Origin: Solirubrobacteraceae bacterium
GTDB taxonomy: Bacteria; Actinomycetota; Thermoleophilia; Solirubrobacterales; Solirubrobacteraceae
Assembly (NCBI GenBank): GCA_051001875.1
Contig: JBPCMW010000031.1
Location: forward strand, 1 to 63,790
DNA: 63,790 bases
Direction: 5' to 3'
Part shown: one piece after another, positions 44,535 to 58,248 of the stretch
Position numbering within the stretch: the stretch's first letter is position 1
How the letters are laid out: each line of letters starts with the position of its first letter
Translations under genes and position numbers: made by a program
Notes under the pieces: generated by a model
What the model was told of the DNA's origin: nothing
Database searches by the model: none
Seen by the model: the letters and a program-made list of their open reading frames with translations, nothing else

Positions 44535-45400
44535 CCGCTCCCGGTCCCCTCTTTCGCTTCAGCCAGATCGAGGTGCCCTGGGCGTTGGGCCCGCCCGACG
44601 GCCGCTACATGTTCCGGCAGCCGGCCGGCGTGTCCGGGTCGGCTCCCGGCCACGTGCTGGTGCTGGCGACGTTGGGGGCGCCAGAACGCCGGCGCGGCTT
44701 AGCCCAGCGGCGTAGACGCAAGGCGGAGCCTGAGCCTGAGCCTTCCGCGGTCGCGACCGGTCGAGTGACAGTGATCGACGTGGCCGCGCCGCTCCCCGGG
44801 GCCGGCGACGCGCAGAGCTGGCTCGCCCAGGCGGGCGAGGATGAACTCGCGGCCGGACTGGCGGTGCTCAACCAGGCCCTTCACGCCTTCCGCCAGGTCA
44901 CCGCGGACCCGAGCGTCCATCCGGTGACGCGGCGGCAGCTGTTGGTGGCGCGCATCGGCTACGGGGCCGGTGAGCAGGTCGCCGACGGGCTCTGGACCGA
45001 TGCACTCGAGCTGCTGCCAGCCGTCGGCCGGGAGACCCGCTCCAAGGTCCTGCATCCGCAGGCTCGCCTCGCGGCCGTCCTCAACCGCCGCGAGCCCGCC
45101 TTGGTGTGTGAGGAGCTGGTGCTGCGAGCCCGCAGCGACCTCGACCACGGCCGCGACCGGGAGGCTGCGCTGCAGCTGCTGGTCGCCCTCGACGCTGCGC
45201 TGGCAGAGCTCGCCGGCACATCATCGATCGCCGACCTGGGACAGCGGCTGGCGGAGCTGCGGGCTCAGCGTGACCCGGCGGCCATCGCCGCGCAGGCCGC
45301 CCTGTCCGGGCCGCTGTCGGCGGCGCACCGCGAGACGGTCGCGTTCGCGGTGGGGCGGATTGAGGCGGCGCTGCGCGCCCGCGCAGTCGCGAACGCATGA
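44531..45400 (+). CDS. Hypothetical protein (start uncertain; CTG overlapping upstream TGA)
   Basis: Coding-like composition, FSQIEVPWALGPPDGRY...RIGYGAGEQVADG.W. Confidence 0.7.
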   Translation: MTAPGPLFRFSQIEVPWALGPPDGRYMFRQPAGVSGSAPGHVLVLATLGAPERRRGLAQRRRRKAEPEPEPSAVATGRVTVIDVAAPLPGAGDAQSWLAQAGEDELAAGLAVLNQALHAFRQVTADPSVHPVTRRQLLVARIGYGAGEQVADGLWTDALELLPAVGRETRSKVLHPQARLAAVLNRREPALVCEELVLRARSDLDHGRDREAALQLLVALDAALAELAGTSSIADLGQRLAELRAQRDPAAIAAQAALSGPLSAAHRETVAFAVGRIEAALRARAVANA

Positions 45401-45473
45401 ACGGCTACCCATTCACCCCCACTCCTGACATAGTTCGTAGCGAGATGGCGAGCGCGGTGAGTCTGTAGGGGCG

Positions 45474-50393
<4,920 letters not shown>

Positions 50394-50449
50394 GCAGCCA
50401 CGCCGCTGCCGCCGTTCCGGACGCCCTGGTTGGTCTCACCGCGGGCGAG

Positions 50450-52372
50450 GTGCTGCCGATCCTGCTCGTCGACGACCGCGTGGAGAACCTGCGCACGCTG
50501 GAGGCCGTACTGGAACCGCTCGCGGTTCCGCTCGAGAGCGTCACCTCCGGCGAGGAGGCGCTGCGGCGCCTGCTCGTGCGCGACTATGCCCTGATCCTGC
50601 TCGACGTCCGGATGCCGGGCTTGGACGGCTTGCAGACCGCCGGGCTGATCAAGGGCCGCGAGCGCAGTCAGGACGTCCCGATCGTGTTTCTCACCGCCGC
50701 TCGCAACGAGATCGACGAGATCCTCCGCGGGTATGACGTCGGCGCGATTGACTACGTGCTCAAGCCGTTCGATCCCGAGCTGCTGCGTTCGAAGGTCAGC
50801 GTCTTCTGCGAGCTCGAACGCAGTCGTCGCACGCTCAAACGGTCCGAGGCATTCCTGCGCGGTGCCTTCGAGGCGGCGCCGATCGGCAAGACCGTGCTCG
50901 ACGGCTCCCGTCGGATAGTGCGAGCCAATCCGGCGTTCGGCCGGCTGCTGGGCCGCGACGCGTCGCAGCTGGCGGGTGTCGAAGTCGACGCGCTGTGCCA
51001 TCCCGACGACCGGGTGCGGCTTACGGGCGCGCTGGCATGGATCGCCGGCGACCAGCGGACGATTGCCGAAGCCGAGCCGACCGAGACGGATGTCCGGCTG
51101 CTCTCCCCTTCCGGCACGGACGTTTGGGTGGCGGCTGTGGCCTCCTCGATCGATCCGGCCGAGCTCGCTGACGCGCTGCTGCTCGTGCAGTGGGTCGATT
51201 TGAGTTCCCGCAGGCGAGCGGAGCAGGCGCGCGCCGACCTGCTGCTCGAGCACGCCGCCCGGACCAACGCTGAGGCGATCGCCGACCGGCTGGACAAGCT
51301 GCAGACGCTCAGCGCCGCGATCGACTCGCTGGCCCTCGACGAGGTCCTGCCCGAGCTGGCGGTACGCCTGGCGGAGCTGTTCGAGGCCGAGCTCGCCGAG
51401 GTGGAGGTGCTGACCGGCGATGATGACCCGATCCGCGTCCGCGTGGCGGGTTCACGGGTGCTGGGCGCCGCCGAGGAGTTCCTCCGGCCGGCAGACGCCC
51501 ACGCGGAGGAGGCCCCGATCGTGATCGAGCACACGCGCTTCGGGTGCCTGAGACTCATCCTCACGCCCGATCGGCGCTTTACGGCCGCGGACCGCTCATT
51601 GCTCAGCGATGCTGCGGAGCGCGCAGCCCTGGCGATCCGTCGCGCCCGGCTCCACGAGCGCGAGCACAGCATCGCCGCCGAGCTCCAACGGGGACTCGTG
51701 CCCAAGCGCCTGCCCGAGCTGGAGGGGCTGCAGATCGCCCCCTATTACCAGGCCTCGGGGGACGGAGTGGAGGTGGGGGGCGACTGGTACGACGCCTTCG
51801 AGTTGGGCGGAGATCGGCTCGGCGTCGTGCTCGGCGATGTGGCCGGCCGCGGCATTCCGGCCGCCTCGGCGATGGGCCAGCTTCGCAGCGTGAGCCGGGC
51901 ATTTGCGCTTTCCGACGACGGCGAGTGCGCACCCGGGGAGGTGCTGACGCGACTGAACCGGCACCAGCTCGCTCTCGGGGCCGAGGAGCTGTTCACGGTC
52001 CTCTACGCGATCATCGACCGCGCCACCCGGACCGTCACCTGGGCGAACGCGGGACACCTTCCCCCACTGTTGCGAGCTGACTCGGGCGAGGCCGGCCTGC
52101 TCGAGGGCGGCAACGGGTTGATGGGAATCGAGGAGGTTCAGTACGAGTCGTTCGAGCATTCCCTGCCCATCCCCAGCACGATCGTGCTCTACACGGATGG
52201 GCTCGTCGAGCGCCGCGGGGAGTCCCTCGACGCCGGCTTCAGCCGGCTGATCGACGCCGCCAGCTCAGGGCCCCAGGAGCCGCACGCCCTGCGTGATTAC
52301 ATCCTCGAGCGCGTACTGCCAGCCGACGCGCTGCACGATGATGTGACCGCCGTCGTCGTGCAGGTCAGCTGA
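50450..52372 (+). CDS. REC-PAS-GAF-SpoIIE/PP2C phosphatase (RsbU/RsbP-like); start may lie upstream at 50378-50390
   Basis: LLVDD, LLDVRMPGLDG, KPF; PAS ANPAF...HPDD; ELQRGL.P, VGGDWYD, GDVAGRG, NAGHLPPL, LYTDGLVE, DDVT. Confidence 0.92.
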   Translation: MLPILLVDDRVENLRTLEAVLEPLAVPLESVTSGEEALRRLLVRDYALILLDVRMPGLDGLQTAGLIKGRERSQDVPIVFLTAARNEIDEILRGYDVGAIDYVLKPFDPELLRSKVSVFCELERSRRTLKRSEAFLRGAFEAAPIGKTVLDGSRRIVRANPAFGRLLGRDASQLAGVEVDALCHPDDRVRLTGALAWIAGDQRTIAEAEPTETDVRLLSPSGTDVWVAAVASSIDPAELADALLLVQWVDLSSRRRAEQARADLLLEHAARTNAEAIADRLDKLQTLSAAIDSLALDEVLPELAVRLAELFEAELAEVEVLTGDDDPIRVRVAGSRVLGAAEEFLRPADAHAEEAPIVIEHTRFGCLRLILTPDRRFTAADRSLLSDAAERAALAIRRARLHEREHSIAAELQRGLVPKRLPELEGLQIAPYYQASGDGVEVGGDWYDAFELGGDRLGVVLGDVAGRGIPAASAMGQLRSVSRAFALSDDGECAPGEVLTRLNRHQLALGAEELFTVLYAIIDRATRTVTWANAGHLPPLLRADSGEAGLLEGGNGLMGIEEVQYESFEHSLPIPSTIVLYTDGLVERRGESLDAGFSRLIDAASSGPQEPHALRDYILERVLPADALHDDVTAVVVQVS

Positions 52373-52384
52373 GACGGCGCTCGC

Positions 52385-52720
52385 TCACGCCGTCTCGTCG
52401 TCGACGAACGGCAGATGGCGCTCGGCGCCGGTGACCACGAACACCTGCATCGCGCTGCCCGCGGGACGCAGGAGACGCAGCGTGCATCCCCGGCTACGTG
52501 CCGCCCGCTCGGTCTGGAGCAGGAACCTCAGGCCGGAGGAATCGACGAAGTTCACCCCGCGGAGGTCGATCAACAGGCTCTCCGGGTGTCCGTCCAGGGC
52601 CTTCGCGCGCGCGCGCTCGAGTGCCGCGACACCGCCCAGGTCGATGTCCCCGGTGATCGTCAGCCTGACCTCCTCCGTCCCACGCTCGATCACGATGTCG
52701 ACGTCGTTGGACTGGGTCAT
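52385..52720 (-). CDS. STAS domain anti-sigma factor antagonist
   Basis: GDIDL, IDLRGVNFVDSSGL with the phosphoacceptor Ser. Confidence 0.9.
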   Translation of the reverse strand: MTQSNDVDIVIERGTEEVRLTITGDIDLGGVAALERARAKALDGHPESLLIDLRGVNFVDSSGLRFLLQTERAARSRGCTLRLLRPAGSAMQVFVVTGAERHLPFVDDETA

Positions 52721-53496
52721 TGTGCAGCCGCAGATGCCAGATCAAGCGCCGCCAGGACCGCGTCGAGCTCACCGACCACGTCACCATGGCAGCGGATCAC
52801 CGCCCGGTCGTCGAACGGCGTTGAGCCCTGGGTCAAGATCGCCAGCCGGCCCCCGCGGGACAACGTCACCGCCGGGAGTTGACCGACCGGATAGACCTCG
52901 AGCGAAGAGCCGATGCACAGCATCAGGTCGGCACCCGCGGCCAGCTGTTCGGCCCGGGCCAGCGTCTCGGCGGGCAGGTACTCGCCGAACAGGACGACGT
53001 CGGGCTTCAGGGGCGAGTTGCAGTCACAGCGGGGGACGCCCTGGCAGTCGTCGAGCTGGCGCGATCGCACGTCCGCCAGCGCAAATTGGTGCCCGCAGGC
53101 CAGACAGGACGAGTGCGCGATCGTGCCGTGCACCTCGACCAGTGTCCGCGAACCGGCACGTGCGTGCAGCTGGTCGATGTTCTGGGTGATCACGGCGTCG
53201 AGCATCCCGGCGCGCTCGAGCTCGGCCAGCGCCTCATGGGCGCGGTTGGGACGCTTGTGCTCGAGCGCCTGGAATCGCTCACCGTAGAAATGCCAGAAGC
53301 GCTCGGGATCACGCCGGAACACGTCGATGTGGGCCACCTCCATCGGATTCACGTTGGCCCACAGACCGGTTCCGGGGGAGCGAAAATCCGGGATCCCCGA
53401 CGGAACCGAGATGCCCGCGCCGGTCAGGGCGACGACCGAGTCGGCCCCGCGGATCAGCGCGGCGAGTCGGGTGGCTGCGGTGCTGAGTGCCTTCAC
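52717..53496 (-). CDS. cobB: Sirtuin NAD-dependent deacylase
   Basis: TGAGIS..SGIPDFRS, ITQNID, HG, CLAC/CDC zinc site, KPDVVLFGE, GSSLEVYP. Confidence 0.93.
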   Translation of the reverse strand: MKALSTAATRLAALIRGADSVVALTGAGISVPSGIPDFRSPGTGLWANVNPMEVAHIDVFRRDPERFWHFYGERFQALEHKRPNRAHEALAELERAGMLDAVITQNIDQLHARAGSRTLVEVHGTIAHSSCLACGHQFALADVRSRQLDDCQGVPRCDCNSPLKPDVVLFGEYLPAETLARAEQLAAGADLMLCIGSSLEVYPVGQLPAVTLSRGGRLAILTQGSTPFDDRAVIRCHGDVVGELDAVLAALDLASAAAQ

Positions 53497-54599
53497 TTGC
53501 CCTGGAACCATGGCGTGCGCTTCTGGAGGAAGGCGGAGATGCCCTCGTGTGCGTCCTCGGACGCGAACACGCTCGCGAAGCCCAGCTTCTCCTGCTCGAT
53601 GCCGTCGTCCAGGTCCCCGGCTGCGCTGACGCGCTTGATCTGTTCGACCGCCAGCGGCGCCTGTCCGGCCAGTCTGCGCGCCCAGGCGAGCGCGGTGTCG
53701 AGCAGCTCGTGGTCCGGTACCACCCTCGTCGCCAGTCCGAGCTGGTAGGCCTCGTCGGCACCGATCGGCTCGCCGCTCAAATTCAGCTCGAGCGCCTTGG
53801 CCTCCCCGACCAAGCGGGGCAGCCGCTGCGTCCCTCCGAACCCGGGGATGATTCCGAGACTGATCTCGGGCTGGGCGAAGGACGCCGACTCGGCGACGAT
53901 CCGGAAGTCGCAGGCCATCGCCAGCTCGCAGCCTCCGCCGAACGCCAGCGCGTTGACCGCGGCGATCGTGGCGATCTTCGAGCGCTCCATGTCGCGCAGA
54001 AAGCCGTGCATCTGATCGAGCAGATCCCGGCCCGCGGCCGCGTCCATCTTCGTGAACGCCTTGATGTCCGCCCCAGCACAGAACAGCATCGGATTGGCCG
54101 AGGTGAAGACCAGCGCGCGGACGGTGCCGTCATCGTTCACGGCCTGCCACAGCTTGTGCAGCGCCTCCACGACCTCCGGTGAAATTGAGTTAGCCGGCGG
54201 CCGGTCGAGCCACACGACCGCGGTGTCCCCGCGCCGCTCGAGTTTGACCGGGCTCTCCTCCCAGCCGGCCTCCGGACGCGCGTAGGGGAAGAACCCCTGG
54301 CCGCTCTTCACACCCAGCCGGCCTTGGGCCACGAGGCGGCGCAGGATCATCGGTGGTTCGAAGTTCTCTCCCCACTCGGCAGCCGCCCGCTGAAGCTTGG
54401 CCAGCACCTCGTCCAGACCGATCTGATCTGCTCGGGCGAACGGCGGCGGGATGATTCCCGCACCGGCCATCATTCCGAGGTCGATGTCCTTCATCGCGGC
54501 GACGCCCTCCTCGAGCACGAGGCAGCTCTCGACCAGCGCCCTGAGCGTGAACCGCTCGACCAGCGCGTCGGTGTCGATCGGCGTCTCAGCCGTGCTCAT
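53493..54599 (-). CDS. 3-hydroxyacyl-CoA dehydrogenase C-domain fused to enoyl-CoA hydratase
   Basis: LEEGVA...IDLGM, LGVKSGQGFF; FCAGADI, AFGGGCELAMACD, PE..LGIIPGFGGTQRL. Confidence 0.92.
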   Translation of the reverse strand: MSTAETPIDTDALVERFTLRALVESCLVLEEGVAAMKDIDLGMMAGAGIIPPPFARADQIGLDEVLAKLQRAAAEWGENFEPPMILRRLVAQGRLGVKSGQGFFPYARPEAGWEESPVKLERRGDTAVVWLDRPPANSISPEVVEALHKLWQAVNDDGTVRALVFTSANPMLFCAGADIKAFTKMDAAAGRDLLDQMHGFLRDMERSKIATIAAVNALAFGGGCELAMACDFRIVAESASFAQPEISLGIIPGFGGTQRLPRLVGEAKALELNLSGEPIGADEAYQLGLATRVVPDHELLDTALAWARRLAGQAPLAVEQIKRVSAAGDLDDGIEQEKLGFASVFASEDAHEGISAFLQKRTPWFQGK

Positions 54600-55434
54600 A
54601 GAAGCCCTTTCCGGTCTTGGCACCCAGATTCCCATTCGACACCAGTTCCTGCATCTGGCCGTGGACGTGAAAGCGCTCGCCATATGACTCCCTGAGATGC
54701 TCGGCGACGTGGAGCACGGTGTCGAGCCCGAGCAGATCGGCGAGGAAGAACGGACCCATCGGGGCGGCCTTCGACTCGCTGAGGATGCGGTCGAGCTCCT
54801 TGATCTCGATTCCGGTCTCCTCCTGGAAGCGCCACAGCTCCGAGACGCTCGCGTTGAGGATCCGGTTGACCACGAAACCCGGCGCCTCCCCGCAACGAAT
54901 CGCCATCTTCTTGATCGTCTGCGCGAAGTTACTGGCCGCCTGCACGGTCTCGAGCGACGTGTCCTCCCCTTCGACCACCTCGATCAGCCGCATCAGCGAC
55001 GCGGGATAGAAGAAGTGAAAGCCGACGACCTTGTCCGGGCGGCTGGTCACCTCGCTCATCTGCGTGATCGACAGGGACGAGGTGTTGGAGGCCAGGATCG
55101 CGTGGCCGGGCGTGACCTCGTCGAGCTCGGCGAACACGACCTGCTTGATGTCCATCCGCTCCGGGACGGCCTCGATCACGAAGTCGACGTCCCCGAAGCT
55201 CTCGTACCCGGTCGTGCCGGTGATCAGCCCGATCCTGCGATCGAGTTCGGCCGCGTCGAGTTTGCCCGAATCGACGCGCGCCTGCCACAGCGACCGCGCC
55301 TTCTCCAGCCCGGTGTCGACGAACCTCTGATCGACGTCCTTGAGCACGACGGGAATGTCGGCGTTGGCGATCGTGTACGCGATCTCCCCGCCCATCGTGC
55401 CGGCGCCGACCACTGCAGCTTTGAAGACGAACAT
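54586..55434 (-). CDS. 3-hydroxyacyl-CoA dehydrogenase
   Basis: GAGTMG, IEAVPE, ASNTSSL, GFHFF.P, PGFVVNR, PMGPF.LAD.LGLD, LGAKTGKGFY. Confidence 0.94.
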   Translation of the reverse strand: MFVFKAAVVGAGTMGGEIAYTIANADIPVVLKDVDQRFVDTGLEKARSLWQARVDSGKLDAAELDRRIGLITGTTGYESFGDVDFVIEAVPERMDIKQVVFAELDEVTPGHAILASNTSSLSITQMSEVTSRPDKVVGFHFFYPASLMRLIEVVEGEDTSLETVQAASNFAQTIKKMAIRCGEAPGFVVNRILNASVSELWRFQEETGIEIKELDRILSESKAAPMGPFFLADLLGLDTVLHVAEHLRESYGERFHVHGQMQELVSNGNLGAKTGKGFYEHG

Positions 55435-55536
55435 GCGCTCTCAGATGTGGTGTCGGTGGTGGCCTGCCCCAGCACCGCCGGAGCCCGCCGGAGTCTACCG
55501 GCGCGCGTCTGGCCGGTGGCGTTCCGGTCAAGCGCC

Positions 55537-55986
55537 TCAGCGGGCGCGCTCGGACAGCTCTCCGCGGAACCGTTCCAGCGTGGCGTGCAGCGAGGCCGTC
55601 ATCGCCCGGCGGATGAACAGCAGGTCGATCAGGGGGGTGAAGAACGAGCTCTTCTTGATCTCGTACTCGAGGCTCAGCTTGACCTCGACGTGTTCGTCCG
55701 CAGGGGTGAAGGCCACCTGCTGGCGCCCCCTGATCGCGTCATCCTCGACCTCCAGCGTCTGCCCCTCCAGCGGCGCGTACGCGGTCACCCGCTCGGTCAC
55801 GCGCCCGCGCCCGGCCGGCCCTGACTGCCACGTCACGCTGGATCCGACCTGCGGCCAAGCGCCCGAGGTCTCGACGACGTGGTCGAAACCGTCGACCCAA
55901 GAGGCCCACCGCGTGACGTCGTACCAGTGGGACTGCGCCGCGCTCACGGAACCCCGAAATGTCTGCGCCGCACTCACCGCCTTCAT
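55537..55986 (-). CDS. SRPBCC family protein
   Basis: WYDVTRWASWVDGF...LFIRRAMTASLHATL. Confidence 0.8.
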   Translation of the reverse strand: MKAVSAAQTFRGSVSAAQSHWYDVTRWASWVDGFDHVVETSGAWPQVGSSVTWQSGPAGRGRVTERVTAYAPLEGQTLEVEDDAIRGRQQVAFTPADEHVEVKLSLEYEIKKSSFFTPLIDLLFIRRAMTASLHATLERFRGELSERAR

Positions 55987-56064
55987 CGTGCTGATTATCG
56001 CTGCCTTGTCGGATCGTGGAGGACTCGTGCACCGGACGGTGCACGAGTAGGCTTGACGGAGGTC

Positions 56065-57090
56065 ATGGCCGACAACCTGCCCGACACCGTCCGGCCCTAC
56101 CCGGATATCTCGTCGAAGGCGTACGAGCACCCCGCGGACCGGGCCGCCACCGCCGCGCTGAAAGCGGTCCCGATGCTCGACACGGTCGCGCGCAACCTGG
56201 TCGAGTGGCGCTACGAGCGCGCGCTGCGCCAGTTCTACCTCGGCAACTCGGTCAGGGTCGGTGAGCACCAGCTTCCGCAGCTGTGGACGTCGCTGAGCGG
56301 GGTGACCCGCGTGCTGGACATGCCGGACGAGTACGACCTGTACGTCACCGCGGGCGTGCGCGGGGGCGCCCAGACGATCGGTTCGGGCAATCCGATGATC
56401 GTGATGGACTCGATGCTGCTCCAGCGGCTGGGCCCGGGCGAGCAGCGCGCGGTCCTCGCTCACGAGCTGGGGCACATCCTCTCCGATCACGTGCTGTACA
56501 TGACGGCCCTGAACATTCTGCTCAGCGTCGGCAGCGGCTTGCCGTCCTTCCTCGGACTCCCGTTCCGGGCTGTCCGCGCAGTGCTGCTCGAGTGGTATCG
56601 CGCGGCCGAGCTGAACTGCGACCGCGCCGCCACGCGGGCGGTGCGGGACCCCCGGATCGTCTGCTCGAGCCTGAGGGTCACCGCGGGCGCGATGCCCGCC
56701 GATCAGCTCAACCTCGATTCGTTCATGGCGCAGGCCATCGAGTACGAGAGTTGGGACGACCCGAGCGACCGCGTGCGCCGCTTTTTCAATGAGATCGGCC
56801 AGAGCCACGCCTACTCGGTCCGGCGGGTCTCCGAGGTGATGAAGTGGGTCCAGGGCGGCGAGTACGACCGCATCGTGCGCGGCGAATATCGGACCCGCGA
56901 CCAGAAATCCGACACCCGCGAGGAAGCCGGCGACGCGATGGAGTTCTACGCCGAGCGCTTCCGCTCGTTCTTCCGCGAGGCCGGCGACAACGTCACCTCG
57001 CTCGGCTCCCAGGTCGGCGATGTGAGCCAGCAGCTGGCGGACTGGATCCGCACGCGGGGCGGCGGGTCGGGCTCGCCGTCCGAAGGTTAG
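56065..57090 (+). CDS. M48 family metallopeptidase
   Basis: YEHPADR, HELGH, AEL.CDRA, SH...RR; GGAGG RBS. Confidence 0.9.
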   Translation: MADNLPDTVRPYPDISSKAYEHPADRAATAALKAVPMLDTVARNLVEWRYERALRQFYLGNSVRVGEHQLPQLWTSLSGVTRVLDMPDEYDLYVTAGVRGGAQTIGSGNPMIVMDSMLLQRLGPGEQRAVLAHELGHILSDHVLYMTALNILLSVGSGLPSFLGLPFRAVRAVLLEWYRAAELNCDRAATRAVRDPRIVCSSLRVTAGAMPADQLNLDSFMAQAIEYESWDDPSDRVRRFFNEIGQSHAYSVRRVSEVMKWVQGGEYDRIVRGEYRTRDQKSDTREEAGDAMEFYAERFRSFFREAGDNVTSLGSQVGDVSQQLADWIRTRGGGSGSPSEG

Positions 57091-57129
57091 GCGGCGCGGC
57101 GCCGGCGGGGCGCGGCCCAGCGCTCTGGC

Positions 57130-57602
57130 GAGAACCAGAACGCTCCAACTGCTGCGGGTACTGCGGACCGATGTAGCACTTTGGTCGTTGGACGACCCTA
57201 ACGCGCACCGCCTCGCCGGGAATCGGCGTCGATGGAGCGTTTTGGTCGTCCCCGGCGCCCGTGCCTGCACATTCCGACAATCGCTGCACATCCCGCCCCG
57301 TCTGACGAGCTGTTCAGGATATGGATGAAGAACGCGCCAGACCGTGCCGCGTGGCTACGCATTGTCGTGCTGTTCAGGTTCGCACGCCACTGCCGAGCCT
57401 CAGCCGGCGCCGCGGCGGTCCCCGGGGACTCCACGTCACCCCTCCCCAGCCGCCGTTGCTTCGACCCAAAATCGCATTGAAGGACCATCCAAGCGCTGCC
57501 TCAAGTCAACCACGGGGAGACTGGCGGGGCGGGGTGAGTGAGATCCTCCGGTCGGCGTCGGGATGCGCAGTTACGTCCGCATAGCGGACGTTTCGTGCGT
57601 CC
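57130..57602. repeat. Cluster of REP-like palindromic elements
   Basis: Four alternating GACGACCAAAACGCTCCA-like units with 61-bp period (57130-57250); IR pair at 57264/57361; hairpin ACGTCCGC-ATA-GCGGACGT at 57573-57591. Confidence 0.65.
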
Positions 57603-57652
57603 GTGCGTCCCATCCCGCGCCGCGCGACACCCCCATGGCCCCGAGGAAGTGC

Positions 57653-57682
57653 TTGACAATCACCAACCTAGCGATATATCGT
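57653..57682 (+). promoter_or_regulatory. Promoter and probable PadR operator
   Basis: TTGACA-N18-TATCGT with palindrome CGATATATCG (57672-57681) over the -10. Confidence 0.65.
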
Positions 57683-57690
57683 TACCTATC

Positions 57691-58248
57691 GTGATGGATC
57701 GCGATCACCTGAACGAGACCGACGAGCAGCTCGCTGCGCTGCGCGCAAGAGCCATCGATGGCTACTGGAGCCGGCAGGCGTTCGGCGGGGGCCGCGGGCG
57801 CCGGCGACGTGGCGACGTGCGCCAAGCGGTGCTGCTGATGCTGGCCGAGCAGCCGCTCAACGGCTATCAGCTGATGCAGCTGATCGAGGCCCGCAGCCGG
57901 GGACGCTGGCGTCCCAGCTCCGGGTCGGTGTATCCGACGCTGGCCGCGCTCGAGGACGGGGGGCTGATCCGCGCGACCGACCACGAGGGATCGAAGCTCT
58001 ATGAGCTGACGGCAGCGGGTCGCAAGTTGCTGGCCGGCCAGGCCGGTGGCGAACCGCCGTGGCACGGTCATGATGGCCATGCGTCCGAAGCAGACGACGA
58101 GCTGCGCTCGCTCACGCACAGCCTGCATGTCGCGATCTCACAGGTCGCGCAGGCAGGAGACGCGCAGCAGATCACGCGGGCGGAGGAGTTGCTGACGCAG
58201 ACGCGGAGAGGGCTGTACCGGATCCTCGCGGGAGACGCCGGTGACTGA
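57691..58248 (+). CDS. PadR family transcriptional regulator
   Basis: RGDVR.AVL.ML...NGYQLM...WRPSSGSVYPTL..LED.GLI...YELT.AG. Confidence 0.92.
   Translation: MMDRDHLNETDEQLAALRARAIDGYWSRQAFGGGRGRRRRGDVRQAVLLMLAEQPLNGYQLMQLIEARSRGRWRPSSGSVYPTLAALEDGGLIRATDHEGSKLYELTAAGRKLLAGQAGGEPPWHGHDGHASEADDELRSLTHSLHVAISQVAQAGDAQQITRAEELLTQTRRGLYRILAGDAGD

Noticed and set aside
52717-53496. Sir2-type anti-phage effector (Thoeris/DSR)
   Set aside because: Stand-alone canonical CobB with zinc module in a metabolic operon; no defence partners
57130-57250. Mini CRISPR array
   Set aside because: Units alternate in orientation, are degenerate and only 18 bp; no cas genes
55987-57291. 584-aa minus ORF
   Set aside because: Only the last 149 aa (SRPBCC) look real; the rest shadows the M48 peptidase
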